A DNA stretch of 63,907 nt, counting the filler, from Vicugna vicugna (Eukaryota), in the NCBI GenBank assembly GCA_013265495.1. It is 79 parts of 76 records of this genome, joined end to end, with 100 filler letters (N's around TTAATTAATTAA, not from the genome) between each part and the next. Parts side by side here need not be neighbours in the genome. Positions count along the whole stretch, not along the records: positions 51,460 to 52,309 come from PNXW01029267.1; positions 52,410 to 53,545 come from MU063450.1; positions 53,646 to 54,287 come from MU063451.1; positions 54,388 to 55,353 come from MU063451.1; positions 55,454 to 55,978 come from MU063452.1; positions 56,079 to 56,285 come from PNXW01029280.1; positions 56,386 to 57,149 come from PNXW01029283.1; positions 57,250 to 58,117 come from PNXW01029284.1; 71 more parts are not named here. One strand, written 5' to 3'. Positions within the stretch are counted from its first letter, which is position 1; each line of letters begins with the position of its first letter. Made by a program: the position numbers and the translations under genes. Shown piece after piece: positions 51,968 to 63,856 of this stretch. The notes under the pieces are model-generated. The model was given only the letters and a program-made list of their open reading frames with translations, was not told the DNA's origin and did no database searches.

Positions 51968-52309
51968 CTTTTTTTTAACATTTTTTTATTGATTTATAAT
52001 CATTTTACACTGTTGTGTCAAATTCCAGTGTAGAGCACAATTTTTCAGTTATACATGAACATATATATATTCATTGTCACATTTTTTTCTCTGTGAGCTA
52101 CCATAAGATCTTGTGTATATTTCCCTGTGCTATACAGTATAATCTTGTTTATCTATTCTACAATTTTGAAATCCCAATCTGTCCCTTCCCACCCCTCGCC
52201 CCCTTGACAATCACAACTTTGTATTCTATGTCTATGAGTCTATTTCTGTTATGGCAATCACAACTTTGTATTCTATGTCTATGAGTCTATTTCTGTTATG
52301 TATTTATGC
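51968..52309 (-). mobile_element. Young LINE-1 3' end with poly-A (camelid-type as recalled)
   Basis: TTTTTAACATTTTTTTATTGATTTATAATCATTTTACA.TGTTGTGTCAAATTCCAGTGTAGAGCACAATTTTTCAG. Confidence 0.85.
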
Positions 52310-52409
52310 NNNNNNNNNNNNNNNNNNNNNNNNNNNNNNNNNNNNNNNNNNNNTTAATTAATTAANNNNNNNNNNNNNNNNNNNNNNNNNNNNNNNNNNN
52401 NNNNNNNNN

Positions 52410-53545
52410 GGAGTTGTCTCTCCAGATCCCCCACGCACTGACAATGTTTCCGGAGTACTGAGTGTTGGAGGTTCCACCAACGGTCGGCAGCGCGTGGGTT
52501 CTAACGGAAAGCCTAAGCTCCTCTCCCCTGAGGGTTTTCCTAATGTCTCTGTGCCAGGGAATGCTAGGGGGGTTTGCAGGATATCCCAGTGACAGTGGCT
52601 GCCTCTTCAAAGTCAGGGAATTTATTTCTCGGACTTCCCAGCACAGGGAACACCTGTGACTGAAGAGAGCTGCGTGGAGTTGTCTCTCGGGCTCCCCCAC
52701 GCACTGACAATGTTTCCGGAATCCTGAACGTGGGGAGGTTCCACCAACGGTCGGCAGCGCGTGGGTTCTAACGGAAAGCCTAAGCTCGTCTCCCCTGAGG
52801 GTTTTCCTAATGTCTCTGTGCCAGGGAATGCTAGAGTTGTTTGCAGGATATCACAGTGACAGAGGCTACCTCCCCAAGATCAGGGAAGGTTTTTCTCGGA
52901 CTTCCCCGAACAGGGAACACCTGTGACTGAAGAGAGCTGCGTGGAGTTGTCTCTCGGGCTCCCCCACGCACTGACAATGTTTCCGGAATCCTGNNNNNNN
53001 NNNNNNNNNNNNNNNNNNNNNNNNNNNNNNNNNNNNNNNNNNNNNNNNNNNNNNNNNNNNNNNNNNNNNNNNNNNNNNNNNNNNNNNNNNNNNNNNNNNN
53101 NNNNNNNNNNNNNNNNNNNNNNNNNNNNNNNNNNNNNNNNNNNNNNNNNNNNNNNNNNNNNNNNNNNNNNNNNNNNNNNNNNNNNNNNNNNNNNNNNNNN
53201 NNNNNNNNNNNNNNNNNNNNNNNNNNNNNNNNNNNNNNNNNNNNNNNNNNNNNNNNNNNNNNNNNNNNNNNNNNNNNNNNNNNNNNNNNNNNNNNNNNNN
53301 NNNNNNNNNNNNNNNNNNNNNNNNNNNNNNNNNNNNNNNNNNNNNNNNNNNNNNNNNNNNNNNNNNNNNNNNNNNNNNNNNNNNNNTCCCCAAGGTGAGG
53401 GAAAGTATATCTCGGACTTCCCCGAACAGGAAACACCTGTGACTGAAGAGAGCTGCGTGGAGTTGTCTCTCGAACTCCCCCAAGCACTGACAATGGTTAT
53501 GGATCCTGAGCTTGGGGAGGTTCCACCAACGGTCGGCAGCGCGTT
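52410..53545 (-). repeat. 267-bp satellite SatA
   Basis: Tandem SatA monomers. Confidence 0.95.
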
Positions 53546-53645
53546 NNNNNNNNNNNNNNNNNNNNNNNNNNNNNNNNNNNNNNNNNNNNTTAATTAATTA
53601 ANNNNNNNNNNNNNNNNNNNNNNNNNNNNNNNNNNNNNNNNNNNN

Positions 53646-55353
53646 GCCAAGTATTAGCGAGTGCATCTCTGTGGGCATTGGAGGGTTTTACACTACTTCC
53701 AAAACCTTGGAACACCTGTGCCCCATAAAGATGCGTGGAATCTGTTTCACCACCTCCAGCACACACACGGAGACGTGCTCAGGTATCCTGATTGTGGGGA
53801 GGCTCCTCCAAATGACAGCAGCGCCTGGGTTCTAATAGATAATAGAATCCCTTAGCTTGTCTTCCCTGATGGCATCCCTAGGCTGGAGAGAATGGGAAAG
53901 AGGGGGTTGGGCTCTAAACCATGTATAAGCGAGAGCCTATCCATGGGATGTGGGTTTTTATCCTACAACCCACAACAATGGAATAAATGTGTCCCCTGAA
54001 AATGCTTTGTGTCTTTCCCTACATCCAGCACACACACGAAGATGTGTTCTAGTATTCTGAGTGTAGGGAATTTCCTCAAACTGACAGCAGCACCTGGATT
54101 CTATTAGTATCCCTTAGCTTCTGTTCCCTTAGTGTTCCTATAGTCCAGGCCATGAGGGAAAGCTGGGGGTTGGGCTTGGAGGCCAAGTAGCAGTGAGTGC
54201 ACCCTGATCCATTGAGGAAGTACTTAGAGGACTTCTCCCGAAACGGAACACCTTTTCCTCCATTCATCTGGGTGCAGTGGGGCTGCANNNNNNNNNNNNN
54301 NNNNNNNNNNNNNNNNNNNNNNNNNNNNNNNTTAATTAATTAANNNNNNNNNNNNNNNNNNNNNNNNNNNNNNNNNNNNNNNNNNNNGGGAAATTGGGGG
54401 TTGGGCTGTAAATCCAAGTATTAGCGAGTGCTTCTCCATGGGAAGAGGAAATTATTCACCAAAATCCCACAACCTGGGAATACCTGTGCTCCTTGAAAAA
54501 TGCGTGGACTCTGTTTCCCCACCTCCAGCACACACATGAAGAATTGTTCTAGTATCCTGAGTGTGGGGAGGCACCTCCCACTGACAGCAGCATCTGGGAT
54601 CTAATAGGATCCCTTAGGTTATCTTCCCTGAGTGTTTTCCAAGGACGGGATGGGAGCGAAGGTGGGGGTTGGGCTCTAAAGCCAAGTAATAGCGAGTGCC
54701 TCTCTATGGGCTGTGGAGGTGTTTAAAGTACATTCCCTCCCTGGGAAAACCTGTGCCCCCTTAAAGTTGCGTGGACTATGTATCTCCATCAGCAGCACAC
54801 ACACAAAGACTTGTTCAGGTATCCTGAGTGTGGGGAGCCTCCTCCAACTGACAGCAGCGCCTGGGTTCTAATAGAATCCCTTAGCTTGTCTTACCTGATG
54901 GCATGCCTAGGCTGGAGAGTGGGGGAAAATGGGGGTTGGGTTTGAAGTCCAAGTAGCAACGAGTGCCCCCCGATTTACTGAGGAAGTAGTTAGAGGATTT
55001 CACGCTAATGTGGAACACCTGTGCCCCCATTCATCTGTGTGGACTGGGTATCCACACCTCCCCCACACACAAGGCTGGGATCCGGAATCCTGAGAATGTG
55101 GAAGATCCTCCAACTGACAGCAGCGCCTGTGTTCTAATAGAATAACTCAGCGTGAATTCCCTAAGTTTTTTCCTAGACCTACTAGTGAGCGATAGTGGGG
55201 AATGTGCTCTAAAGCCAAGAATAAGCGAGTTCATCTCTTTGGGCAGTGGAGGAATTGAAACTTCTTCCCCAAACTTGGAACTCCTGTGCCCCCATAAAGA
55301 TGCGTGGTCCCTGATTCCCCACCTCCAGCACACACACGGAGACGTGCTCAGGT
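53646..55353 (-). repeat. Diverged ~266-bp satellite SatB (two scaffolds: 53646-54287, 54388-55353)
   Basis: GACAGCAGC at 53814, 54083 and 54583, 54850, 55116. Confidence 0.92.
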
Positions 55354-55453
55354 NNNNNNNNNNNNNNNNNNNNNNNNNNNNNNNNNNNNNNNNNNNNTTA
55401 ATTAATTAANNNNNNNNNNNNNNNNNNNNNNNNNNNNNNNNNNNNNNNNNNNN

Positions 55454-55978
55454 GTCTTCATTGGAGCAATGCATGTTTAGATCTTCTGCCCATTTTTGAA
55501 TTGGGTTCTTTGTGTTTTGTTATTATATCGTGTGAGCTGTTTCTATATTCGGGAAAATCAGCCTTTGTCAAATATTTTCTCCCATCCTGTAGGTTGTCAT
55601 TTAATTTTGCTTNNNNNNNNNNNNNNNNNNNNNNNNNNNNNNNNNNNNNNNNNNNNNNNNNNNNNNNNNNNNNNNNNNNNNNNNNNNNNNNNNNNNNNNN
55701 NNNNNNNNNNNNNNNNNNGTTTATTTTTACTTTTACTTCTATTGCTTGGGTAGAGTGCTGTAGGAAAATATTGCTGAGAAGTATGTGAAATAATGTTTTG
55801 CTTATATTTTCTTCTAAGAGACTTGTGTTGTCTTCTACTTTAGTCTTTAAACCATTTTGCATTTATTTTTGCGTATGATGTGCGGGAGTATTCTAACTTT
55901 ATTGATATGCATGCAGCTGTCCAGTTTTGCCTACACCATTCGCTGAAGCTGAAGTCTTCACTCCATGGCATGTTCTTG
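55454..55978 (-). mobile_element. LINE-1 ORF2 3' fragment
   Basis: Minus-strand remnant LLEENISKTL..I.LSNIFL...AIEVKVKIN of ORF2p. Confidence 0.88.
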
Positions 55979-56078
55979 NNNNNNNNNNNNNNNNNNNNNN
56001 NNNNNNNNNNNNNNNNNNNNNNTTAATTAATTAANNNNNNNNNNNNNNNNNNNNNNNNNNNNNNNNNNNNNNNNNNNN

Positions 56079-56285
56079 GTCAAGAAATCGAGAGGGAGTA
56101 GGGAGCCATCTCCATGAGCCTCTTAAATGTTCCCGTATTTATTGTGTATAATCAAAGGAAAAATTCGTTAACAGTTGTGAGATAGTAAGGAGGAAATTCG
56201 GGAAAGACAGGATGAGGCAGAGATTGTAGAATATACAATGAGTACAAAGGATTAGTGTATGTTTAGGGAAGTCATGGGGTGAGGG
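56079..56285 (-). mobile_element. Possible ERV LTR fragment
   Basis: Minus strand is pyrimidine-rich with AATAAA followed by R/U5-like sequence; short, family uncertain. Confidence 0.35.
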
Positions 56286-56385
56286 NNNNNNNNNNNNNNN
56301 NNNNNNNNNNNNNNNNNNNNNNNNNNNNNTTAATTAATTAANNNNNNNNNNNNNNNNNNNNNNNNNNNNNNNNNNNNNNNNNNNN

Positions 56386-57149
56386 CCTCATGGGAGATGA
56401 GCTTAGGCATTCCGTTAGAACCAAAGCGCTGCCGGGCTTTCGTGGAACCTCCCCATGCTCAGGGTTTCAGAACCACTCTCAGTGCGTGGGGGAGCTCGAG
56501 AGACAACTCCACACAGCTCTCTTAAGTCACAGGTGTTCCCTGTTCGGGGGAAGTCCGAGAAATATATTCCCTGATCATGAGGTGACAGCCCCTGACCCTG
56601 GGCATTCCAGCGCAGATCCCTAGCATTTCCTGGCAGACAGAAATTAGGAAAACCCTCAAGGGAGATGAGCTGAGGCATTTCGTTAGAACCCACGCGCTGC
56701 CGACCGTTGGTGGAACCTACCACGCTCAGGATTCCAAAACGATTCTCAGTGCATGGGGGAGCTCGAGAGACAACTCCACACAGCTCTCTTAAGTCACAGG
56801 TGTTCCCTGTTCGGGGCAAGTCCGAGAAATACCTTCCCTGACCTTGGGGAGGCAGCCTCTGTCACTTGCATTTCCTGCAAACCCCCCTAGCATTCCCTGG
56901 CAGAGAGATTTTAGGAAAACCCTCAGGGTAGATGAGCTCAGGCATTCGGTTAGAACCCACGCGCTGCCGACCGTTGGTGGAACCTCCCCACGCTCAGGAT
57001 TCCGGAACCAATCTCAGTGCGTGGGGGACCTCGAGAGACAATTCCACGCAGCTCTCTTTAATCACAGGTGTTCCCTGTTAGGGGGAACTAAGAAAAATAT
57101 ATTCTCTGACCTTGTTTTGGCAGCCCCTGGGCCTGGGCATTCCAGCGCA
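56386..57149 (+). repeat. SatA variant array with alternating monomers (~534-bp dimer)
   Basis: Variant block CAGCCCCTG..CCTGGGCATTCCAGCGCA at 56587 and 57121 only. Confidence 0.88.
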
Positions 57150-57274
57150 NNNNNNNNNNNNNNNNNNNNNNNNNNNNNNNNNNNNNNNNNNNNTTAATTA
57201 ATTAANNNNNNNNNNNNNNNNNNNNNNNNNNNNNNNNNNNNNNNNNNNNAAGTCATTTGCTTTCTTTATTTTTT

Positions 57275-57334
57275 AAATGAAGTATCATTGATTTTCAATA
57301 TTGTGTTCGTTTCAGGTACACAGGAAATTGATTC

Positions 57335-57378
<44 letters not shown>

Positions 57379-57880
57379 CTTTTCTGATTATTCTCCCTTT
57401 CCATTATAGGTTTACAAGCTATTGACTATAGTTCGTGGTGTTGTACAGTTAATCCTTGTTGTTTATTTTATATACAGAAGTGTGTATCTGTTAATCCCAT
57501 AATCCTAATTTATCTCTCCTCCCAGTCTTTCCCCTTTGGTAACCATAAGTTTGTTTTCTGTGTCTGTGAGTCTATTTCTCTTTTGTAAATATTTGTATAA
57601 TTTTTTAGATTCCACATATAAGTGATATAGAACATTCGTCTTTCTCTGAGTGACTTCACTTAATATAATGTGGCATATATACACAATGGAATACTACTCG
57701 GTCATAAAAAAGATTTTAAAATATTGCCACTTGTAGCATCATGGATTGACATTTTGATTTTCATAATAAGTGAAGTAAGTCAGAGAGAGAAAGACAAATA
57801 TCACATAACATCACTTGTATGTGGAATCTAAAAAGAAAACAAGACAGCTGAACTTATTTACAAAACAGAAACAGACTCAG
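57275..57880. mobile_element. LINE-1 3' fragments head-to-head (antisense 57275-57668, sense 57665-57880) with (TA)n at ~57337-57377
   Basis: Antisense GGTAACCATAAGTTTGTTTTC...AGATTCCACATATAAGTG, then sense ATACACAATGGAATACTACTC...GTGGAATCTAAAA. Confidence 0.85.
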
Positions 57881-58217
57881 AATGGAAAAAGCCTCTTGGT
57901 TTTAAAAGTATCTCCCAGGGCAGTTCAATCAGTCACAGGCCAGACTTTTCAAAGCAGCAGCTCCGTTGAGGGAAGAGCTCTGATTGAAATCTCTCAGTGG
58001 CCAGAGAGGAACTTGAAAGGCTTTTCCAGAAGCTGGACACACCATCCCAGAGGAAACTGGGTGTGTCCCTTCTCACAGCAGGCTGGGCAAAAGGGAAGAC
58101 AGCAAAACCATGCAGCANNNNNNNNNNNNNNNNNNNNNNNNNNNNNNNNNNNNNNNNNNNNTTAATTAATTAANNNNNNNNNNNNNNNNNNNNNNNNNNN
58201 NNNNNNNNNNNNNNNNN

Positions 58218-59643
58218 TGTTCCCTGTTCGGGGACGTCCGAGAAATAGTTTCCCTGAACTTGGGGAGGCAGCCTGTGCACTGGGATATCCTGCAAACCCC
58301 CCTAGCATACCCTGGCACAGAGATATTAGTAAAAACCTCAGGGGAGACGAGCTTAGGCATTCCGTTAGAACCCACGCACTGCCGACCGTTGGTGGAACCT
58401 CCCCACGCTCAGGATTCCGGAACCATTGTCAGTGCAGAGACACAACTCCACGCAGCTCTCTTGAGTCACAGGTGTTCCCTGTTTGGTGAAGTCCGAGAAT
58501 TAGCTTCCCTGACCTTGGGGAGGCACACGCTGACCCTGGGATATCCTGCAAACCCCCCTAGAATTCCCTGAAACAGAGACATTAGGAAAACCCTCAGGGG
58601 AGACGAGNNNNNNNNNNNNNNNNNNNNNNNNNNNNNNNNNNNNNNNNNNNNTTAATTAATTAANNNNNNNNNNNNNNNNNNNNNNNNNNNNNNNNNNNNN
58701 NNNNNNNGACAGGGAAGGCCTGTGATTGAAGAGAGCTGCGTGGAGCTGTCTCGAGCTCCCCCAGGCACTGACAATGGTTCCGGAACCCTTAGCGTGGGGA
58801 GGTTCCACCAACGGTCGGCAGCGCGTGGGTTCCAACGGAATGCCTGAGCTGGTCTCCCCTGAGGGTTTTCCTAATGTCTCTGTGCCANNNNNNNNNNNNN
58901 NNNNNNNNNNNNNNNNNNNNNNNNNNNNNNNNNNNNNNNNNNNNNNNNNNNNNNNNNNNNNNNNNNNNNNNNNNNNNNNNNNNNNNNNNNNNNNNNNNNN
59001 NNNNNNNNNNNNNNNNNNNNNNNNNNNNNNNNNNNNNNNNNNNNNNNNNNNNNNNNNNNNNNNNNNNNNNNNNNNNNNNNNNNNNNNNNNNNNNNNNNNN
59101 NNNNNNNNNNNNNNNNNNNNNNNNNNNNNNNNNNNNNNNNNNNNNNNNNNNNNNNNNNNNNNNNNNNNNNNNNNNNNNNNNNNNNNNNNNNNNNNNNNNN
59201 NNNNNNNNGACTTCCCCGTGCAGGGAAGACCTGTGACTGAAGAGAGCTGCGTGGAGCTGTCTCTCGAGCTCCCCCACGCACTGACAATTGTTCCGGAACC
59301 CTGAGCGTGGGGAGGATCCACCAAAGGTCGGCAGCGCGTGGGTTCCAACGGAATGCCTGAGCTGGTCTCCCCTGAGTTTTTTTGTTATGTCTCTGTGCCA
59401 GGGAATGCTAGGAGGGTTAACAGGAAATCCCAGTGACAGAGACTGCGTCCACAAGGTCAGGGAAGATATTTCTCGGACTTCCCCGGACAGGGAACACCTG
59501 TGACTGAAGAGAGCTGCGTGGAGCTGTCTCTCGAGCTCCCCCACGCACTGACAATGGTTCCGGCACCTTGAGCGTGGGGAGGATCCACCAACGGTCGACA
59601 CCGCGTGGGTTCCAACGGAATGCCTGAGCTGGTCTCCCCTGAG
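58218..59643. repeat. 267-bp satellite SatA (two scaffolds: 58218-58607 +, 58708-59643 -)
   Basis: Tandem SatA monomers; second block carries shared diagnostic variants. Confidence 0.95.
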
Positions 59644-59743
59644 NNNNNNNNNNNNNNNNNNNNNNNNNNNNNNNNNNNNNNNNNNNNTTAATTAATTAAN
59701 NNNNNNNNNNNNNNNNNNNNNNNNNNNNNNNNNNNNNNNNNNN

Positions 59744-60117
59744 CCAAACAAGTTACCTATGCACTCTGAAATATTTAATTTGACTTGGCAGCATCATCTT
59801 TTCACCAGTTTGAAGAATCACACTTTGATCCCACAAAAACCCTCTTAGAGCGAATTCTACCCTAGAGATATGTAATTTGAATAGATTCCATCTACAAGAT
59901 ATTCCGTGTTTTGTGCATGCTACATATATGACGNNNNNNNNNNNNNNNNNNNNNNNNNNNNNNNNNNNNNNNNNNNNTTAATTAATTAANNNNNNNNNNN
60001 NNNNNNNNNNNNNNNNNNNNNNNNNNNNNNNNNACTAAAAATATTTACTCGGACTTCATAGGTTTTTCCTAACACCAGGTCCTAAAATCGGACACTTGGC
60101 ACCAGAAAACACTCTTT
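59744..60117 (+). repeat. ~245-bp satellite SatC fragments (59744-59933 type A, 60034-60117 type B)
   Basis: Match 3080-3260 and 3590-3670. Confidence 0.88.
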
Positions 60118-60217
60118 NNNNNNNNNNNNNNNNNNNNNNNNNNNNNNNNNNNNNNNNNNNNTTAATTAATTAANNNNNNNNNNNNNNNNNNNNNNNNNNN
60201 NNNNNNNNNNNNNNNNN

Positions 60218-61798
60218 TTATAGAATACACATGTCAGAATCCAGTATTTAGAACACGGAATGTAGAACAAAGATTATAGAATATAGAATAAATAATACAG
60301 AAACCAGAATTTAGAACATGGAATGCAGAATACAGAATATAGAATATACAANNNNNNNNNNNNNNNNNNNNNNNNNNNNNNNNNNNNNNNNNNNNNNNNN
60401 NNNNNNNNNNNNNNNNNNNNNNNNNNNNNNNNNNNNNNNNNNNNNNNNNNNNNNNNNNNNNNNNNNNNNNNNNNNNNNNNNNNNNNNNNNNNNNNNNNNN
60501 NNNNNNNNNNNNNNNNNNNNNNNNNNNNNNNNNNNNNNNNNNNNNNNNNNNNNNNNNNNNNNNNNNNNNNNNNNNNNNNNNNNNNNNNNNNNNNNNNNNN
60601 NNNNNNNNNNNNNNNNNNNNNNNNNNNNNNNNNNNNNNNNNNNNNNNNNNNNNNNNNNNNNNNNNNNNNNNNNNNNNNNNNNNNNNNNNNNNNNNNNNNN
60701 NNNNNNNNNNNNNNNNNNNNNNNNNNNNNNNNNNNNNNNNNNNNNNNNNNNNNNNNNNNNNNNNNNNNNNNNNNNNNNNNNNNNNNNNNNNNNNNNNNNN
60801 NNNNNNNNNNNNNNNNNNNNNNNNNNNNNNNNNNNNNNNNNNNNNNNNNNNNNNNNNNNNNNNNNNNNNNNNNNNNNNNNNNNNNNNNNNNNNNNNNNNN
60901 NNNNNNNNNNNNNNNNNNNNNNNNNNNNNNNNNNNNNNNNNNNNNNNNNNNNNNNNNNNNNNNNNNNNNNNNNNNNNNNNNNNNNNNNNNNNNNNNNNNN
61001 NNNNNNNNNNNNNNNNNNNNNNNNNNNNNNNNNNNNNNNNNNNNNNNNNNNNNNNNNNNNNNNNNNNNNNNNNNNNNNNNNNNNNNNNNNNNNNNNNNNN
61101 NNNNNNNNNNNNNNNNNNNNNNNNNNNNNNNNNNNNNNNNNNNNNNNNNNNNNNNNNNNNNNNNNNNNNNNNNNNNNNNNNNNNNNNNNNNNNNNNNNNN
61201 NNNNNNNNNNNNNNNNNNNNNNNNNNNNNNNNNNNNNNNNNNNNNNNNNNNNNNNNNNNNNNNNNNNNNNNNNNNCATAGAATATAGGTTACAATATACA
61301 TAAAATAGAATGTAGAATACAGAATGTAGAACACAGAATATAGAATATAGGATAAACAACCCAAAATTAAGAACATGGAATGCAGAACACTGATTATAGA
61401 ATTTAGAATACTGAACAGAGAACCCAAAATTTAGGCATGAAATTCAGAAGACAGAATATAGAATATAGGATAAACAACCCAAAATTAAGAACATGGAATG
61501 CAGAACACTGATTATAGAATTTAGAATACTGAACAGAGAACCCAAAATTTAGGCATGAAATTCAGAAGACAGAATATAGAATATAGGATAAACAACCCAA
61601 AATTAAGAACATGGAATGCAGAACACTGATTATAGAATTTAGAATACTGAACAGAGAAACCAAAATTTAGGCATGAAATTCAGAAGACAGAATATAGAAT
61701 ATAGAATTCAGATAATAGAATGTACAATATAGAATATAGAACACAGAATAAAGAATATAGAATATAGATTTCAATTTATAGAATGTAGAATATAGAAT
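60218..61798 (+). repeat. Heptamer-based satellite with three near-exact 118-bp units
   Basis: GGATAAACAACCC at 61350, 61468, 61586. Confidence 0.95.
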
Positions 61799-61898
61799 NN
61801 NNNNNNNNNNNNNNNNNNNNNNNNNNNNNNNNNNNNNNNNNNTTAATTAATTAANNNNNNNNNNNNNNNNNNNNNNNNNNNNNNNNNNNNNNNNNNNN

Positions 61899-62328
61899 TG
61901 CCAAAGCATTACTGAAGAGAAAGAAAGAGGCTGGAGGAATCACCTTCCCAGACTTTGGACAATACTGTAGAGCTACAGTCATCAAGACAGCATGGTATTG
62001 GTACAAAAACAGACATATAGACCAGTGGAACAGAATAGAGCCCAGAAATGAACCCACAAACTTTTTGTCAACTAATCTTCGACGAAGGAGGCGAGAATAT
62101 ACAATGGGATAAAGACAGCCTCTTCAGCAAATGGTGTTGGGAAAACTGGACAGCAGCATGTAAATCAGTGAAGCTAGAACACACTCCCTTACACCATACA
62201 CAAAAATCAACTCAAAATGGATCAAAGACGTAAACATAAGATAAGATACAATGAACCTCTTAGAAGAAAATACAGGCAAAACATTGACATACATCTCAAA
62301 AATGTTCTCCTAGAACAGTCTACTCAAG
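61899..62328 (+). mobile_element. LINE-1 ORF2 fragment, relatively young
   Basis: [44 protein letters not shown] and QLIFD.G..NIQW.KDSLFSKWCWENW. Confidence 0.93.
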
Positions 62329-62654
62329 NNNNNNNNNNNNNNNNNNNNNNNNNNNNNNNNNNNNNNNNNNNNTTAATTAATTAANNNNNNNNNNNNNNNN
62401 NNNNNNNNNNNNNNNNNNNNNNNNNNNNGCCCTGGTCCCACCACATCCTCACCCAGGGCCAGCACTGCTGCAGAAACACCCTCGGTAGGCCGCCCAGCCT
62501 CACGCCCTCAGGTCCGCACACCTGGTTGGTGCAGCTCTGCCCCTTTCCAGCCCTCACCACCGACTCTCCAACCACCTGCTCTCCTGCTCTCCCGCACTCC
62601 GCCCCCAGTCCTACAGAGCGCCTCCCCTGGTCACGGCATCCTGCCCTCCAGGGC

Positions 62655-62937
62655 CGCCAGGGCCTGCACACTCCTGGGCCTGCACAGCGCTGGGCCTGTA
62701 CATTCCTGGGCTTTCATACTCCTGTCTCTGCACACTCTGGTGTCTGCACACTCCTGTGCCTGTACACTCCTGGGCCTGCCACCCGTGTCTGCACACTCCT
62801 AGGACTGCACAGTCCTGGGTCTGCACACTCCTTGGCCTGCACACCTCTGGGCCTGTTCCGTCTTGTGTCTGCACAGCTCTGGAACTGCACATTCCAGGGC
62901 CTGCACACACCTGGGCCGGCACGAACCTGGGCCTGTA
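62655..62937 (-). repeat. 16-bp minisatellite (same family as 14518-15085)
   Basis: CTGCACACTCCTGGGC units; array edge abuts GC-rich non-repetitive 62429-62655. Confidence 0.9.
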
Positions 62938-63037
62938 NNNNNNNNNNNNNNNNNNNNNNNNNNNNNNNNNNNNNNNNNNNNTTAATTAATTAANNNNNNN
63001 NNNNNNNNNNNNNNNNNNNNNNNNNNNNNNNNNNNNN

Positions 63038-63514
63038 TGGTTTTGATTTGCAATTACCTAATAATTAGTAATGTTGAGCAATGTTATCACTTACCTGTTA
63101 CTCATCTGTATGTTTTTTTGGAAAAATATTAACTCAGGTACTCTGTTCTTGTTTTTGATTGGATTTTTGTTTTTCACCTTGAGTTGTGTAACCTAAATCC
63201 TTGTTACATCTATTAACCTACATCTATTAACCCCTGGTCACTTGCATTGTTTGCAGATATGTTCTCCAATTACACAGGCAGTCTTTTTATTTCATTGATT
63301 CTGTCCTAAGCTGTGCATAAATTTTTAATGCATAAATTGTTTATTTAGGTCCCACTTGTTTATTTTTGCTTTTGTATCATTTGCCTTAGAAGACTGATAT
63401 AAGAAAATATTCCTATGATTTTATCCAATAGTGTATCACCTATATTCCCCTCTATCAGTTTTATAGTACCAGGTCTTACATTTAGGTCCTTAATACACTT
63501 GGAGTTTATTTTTG
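63038..63514 (-). mobile_element. Older LINE-1 ORF2 3' fragment
   Basis: TGGTTTTGATTTGCA...TAATGTTGAGCA...TTTGCAGATATGTTCTCC...AGGTCTTACATTTAGGTC. Confidence 0.85.
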
Positions 63515-63856
63515 NNNNNNNNNNNNNNNNNNNNNNNNNNNNNNNNNNNNNNNNNNNNTTAATTAATTAANNNNNNNNNNNNNNNNNNNNNNNNNNNNNN
63601 NNNNNNNNNNNNNNGTCTATTCGCTCCGCTCTCCCCGGCTGCGGAGCCAGGGGCGGCTTCTTCTGCCCTAGAGGCGGGACGTGGGTCTTCAGGTGAGCTT
63701 GCTCCTGGGAGGCGGGGGCGGAGGCCGCAGGGGGAGGGGATGTGTTCCAGGGAGCTNNNNNNNNNNNNNNNNNNNNNNNNNNNNNNNNNNNNNNNNNNNN
63801 TTAATTAATTAANNNNNNNNNNNNNNNNNNNNNNNNNNNNNNNNNNNNNNNNNNNN

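Noticed and set aside
63615..63756. CpG-rich fragment with GC boxes and CAG|GTGAGC, as a promoter or first exon
   Set aside because: Only 142 bp, with no gene context to support a call.
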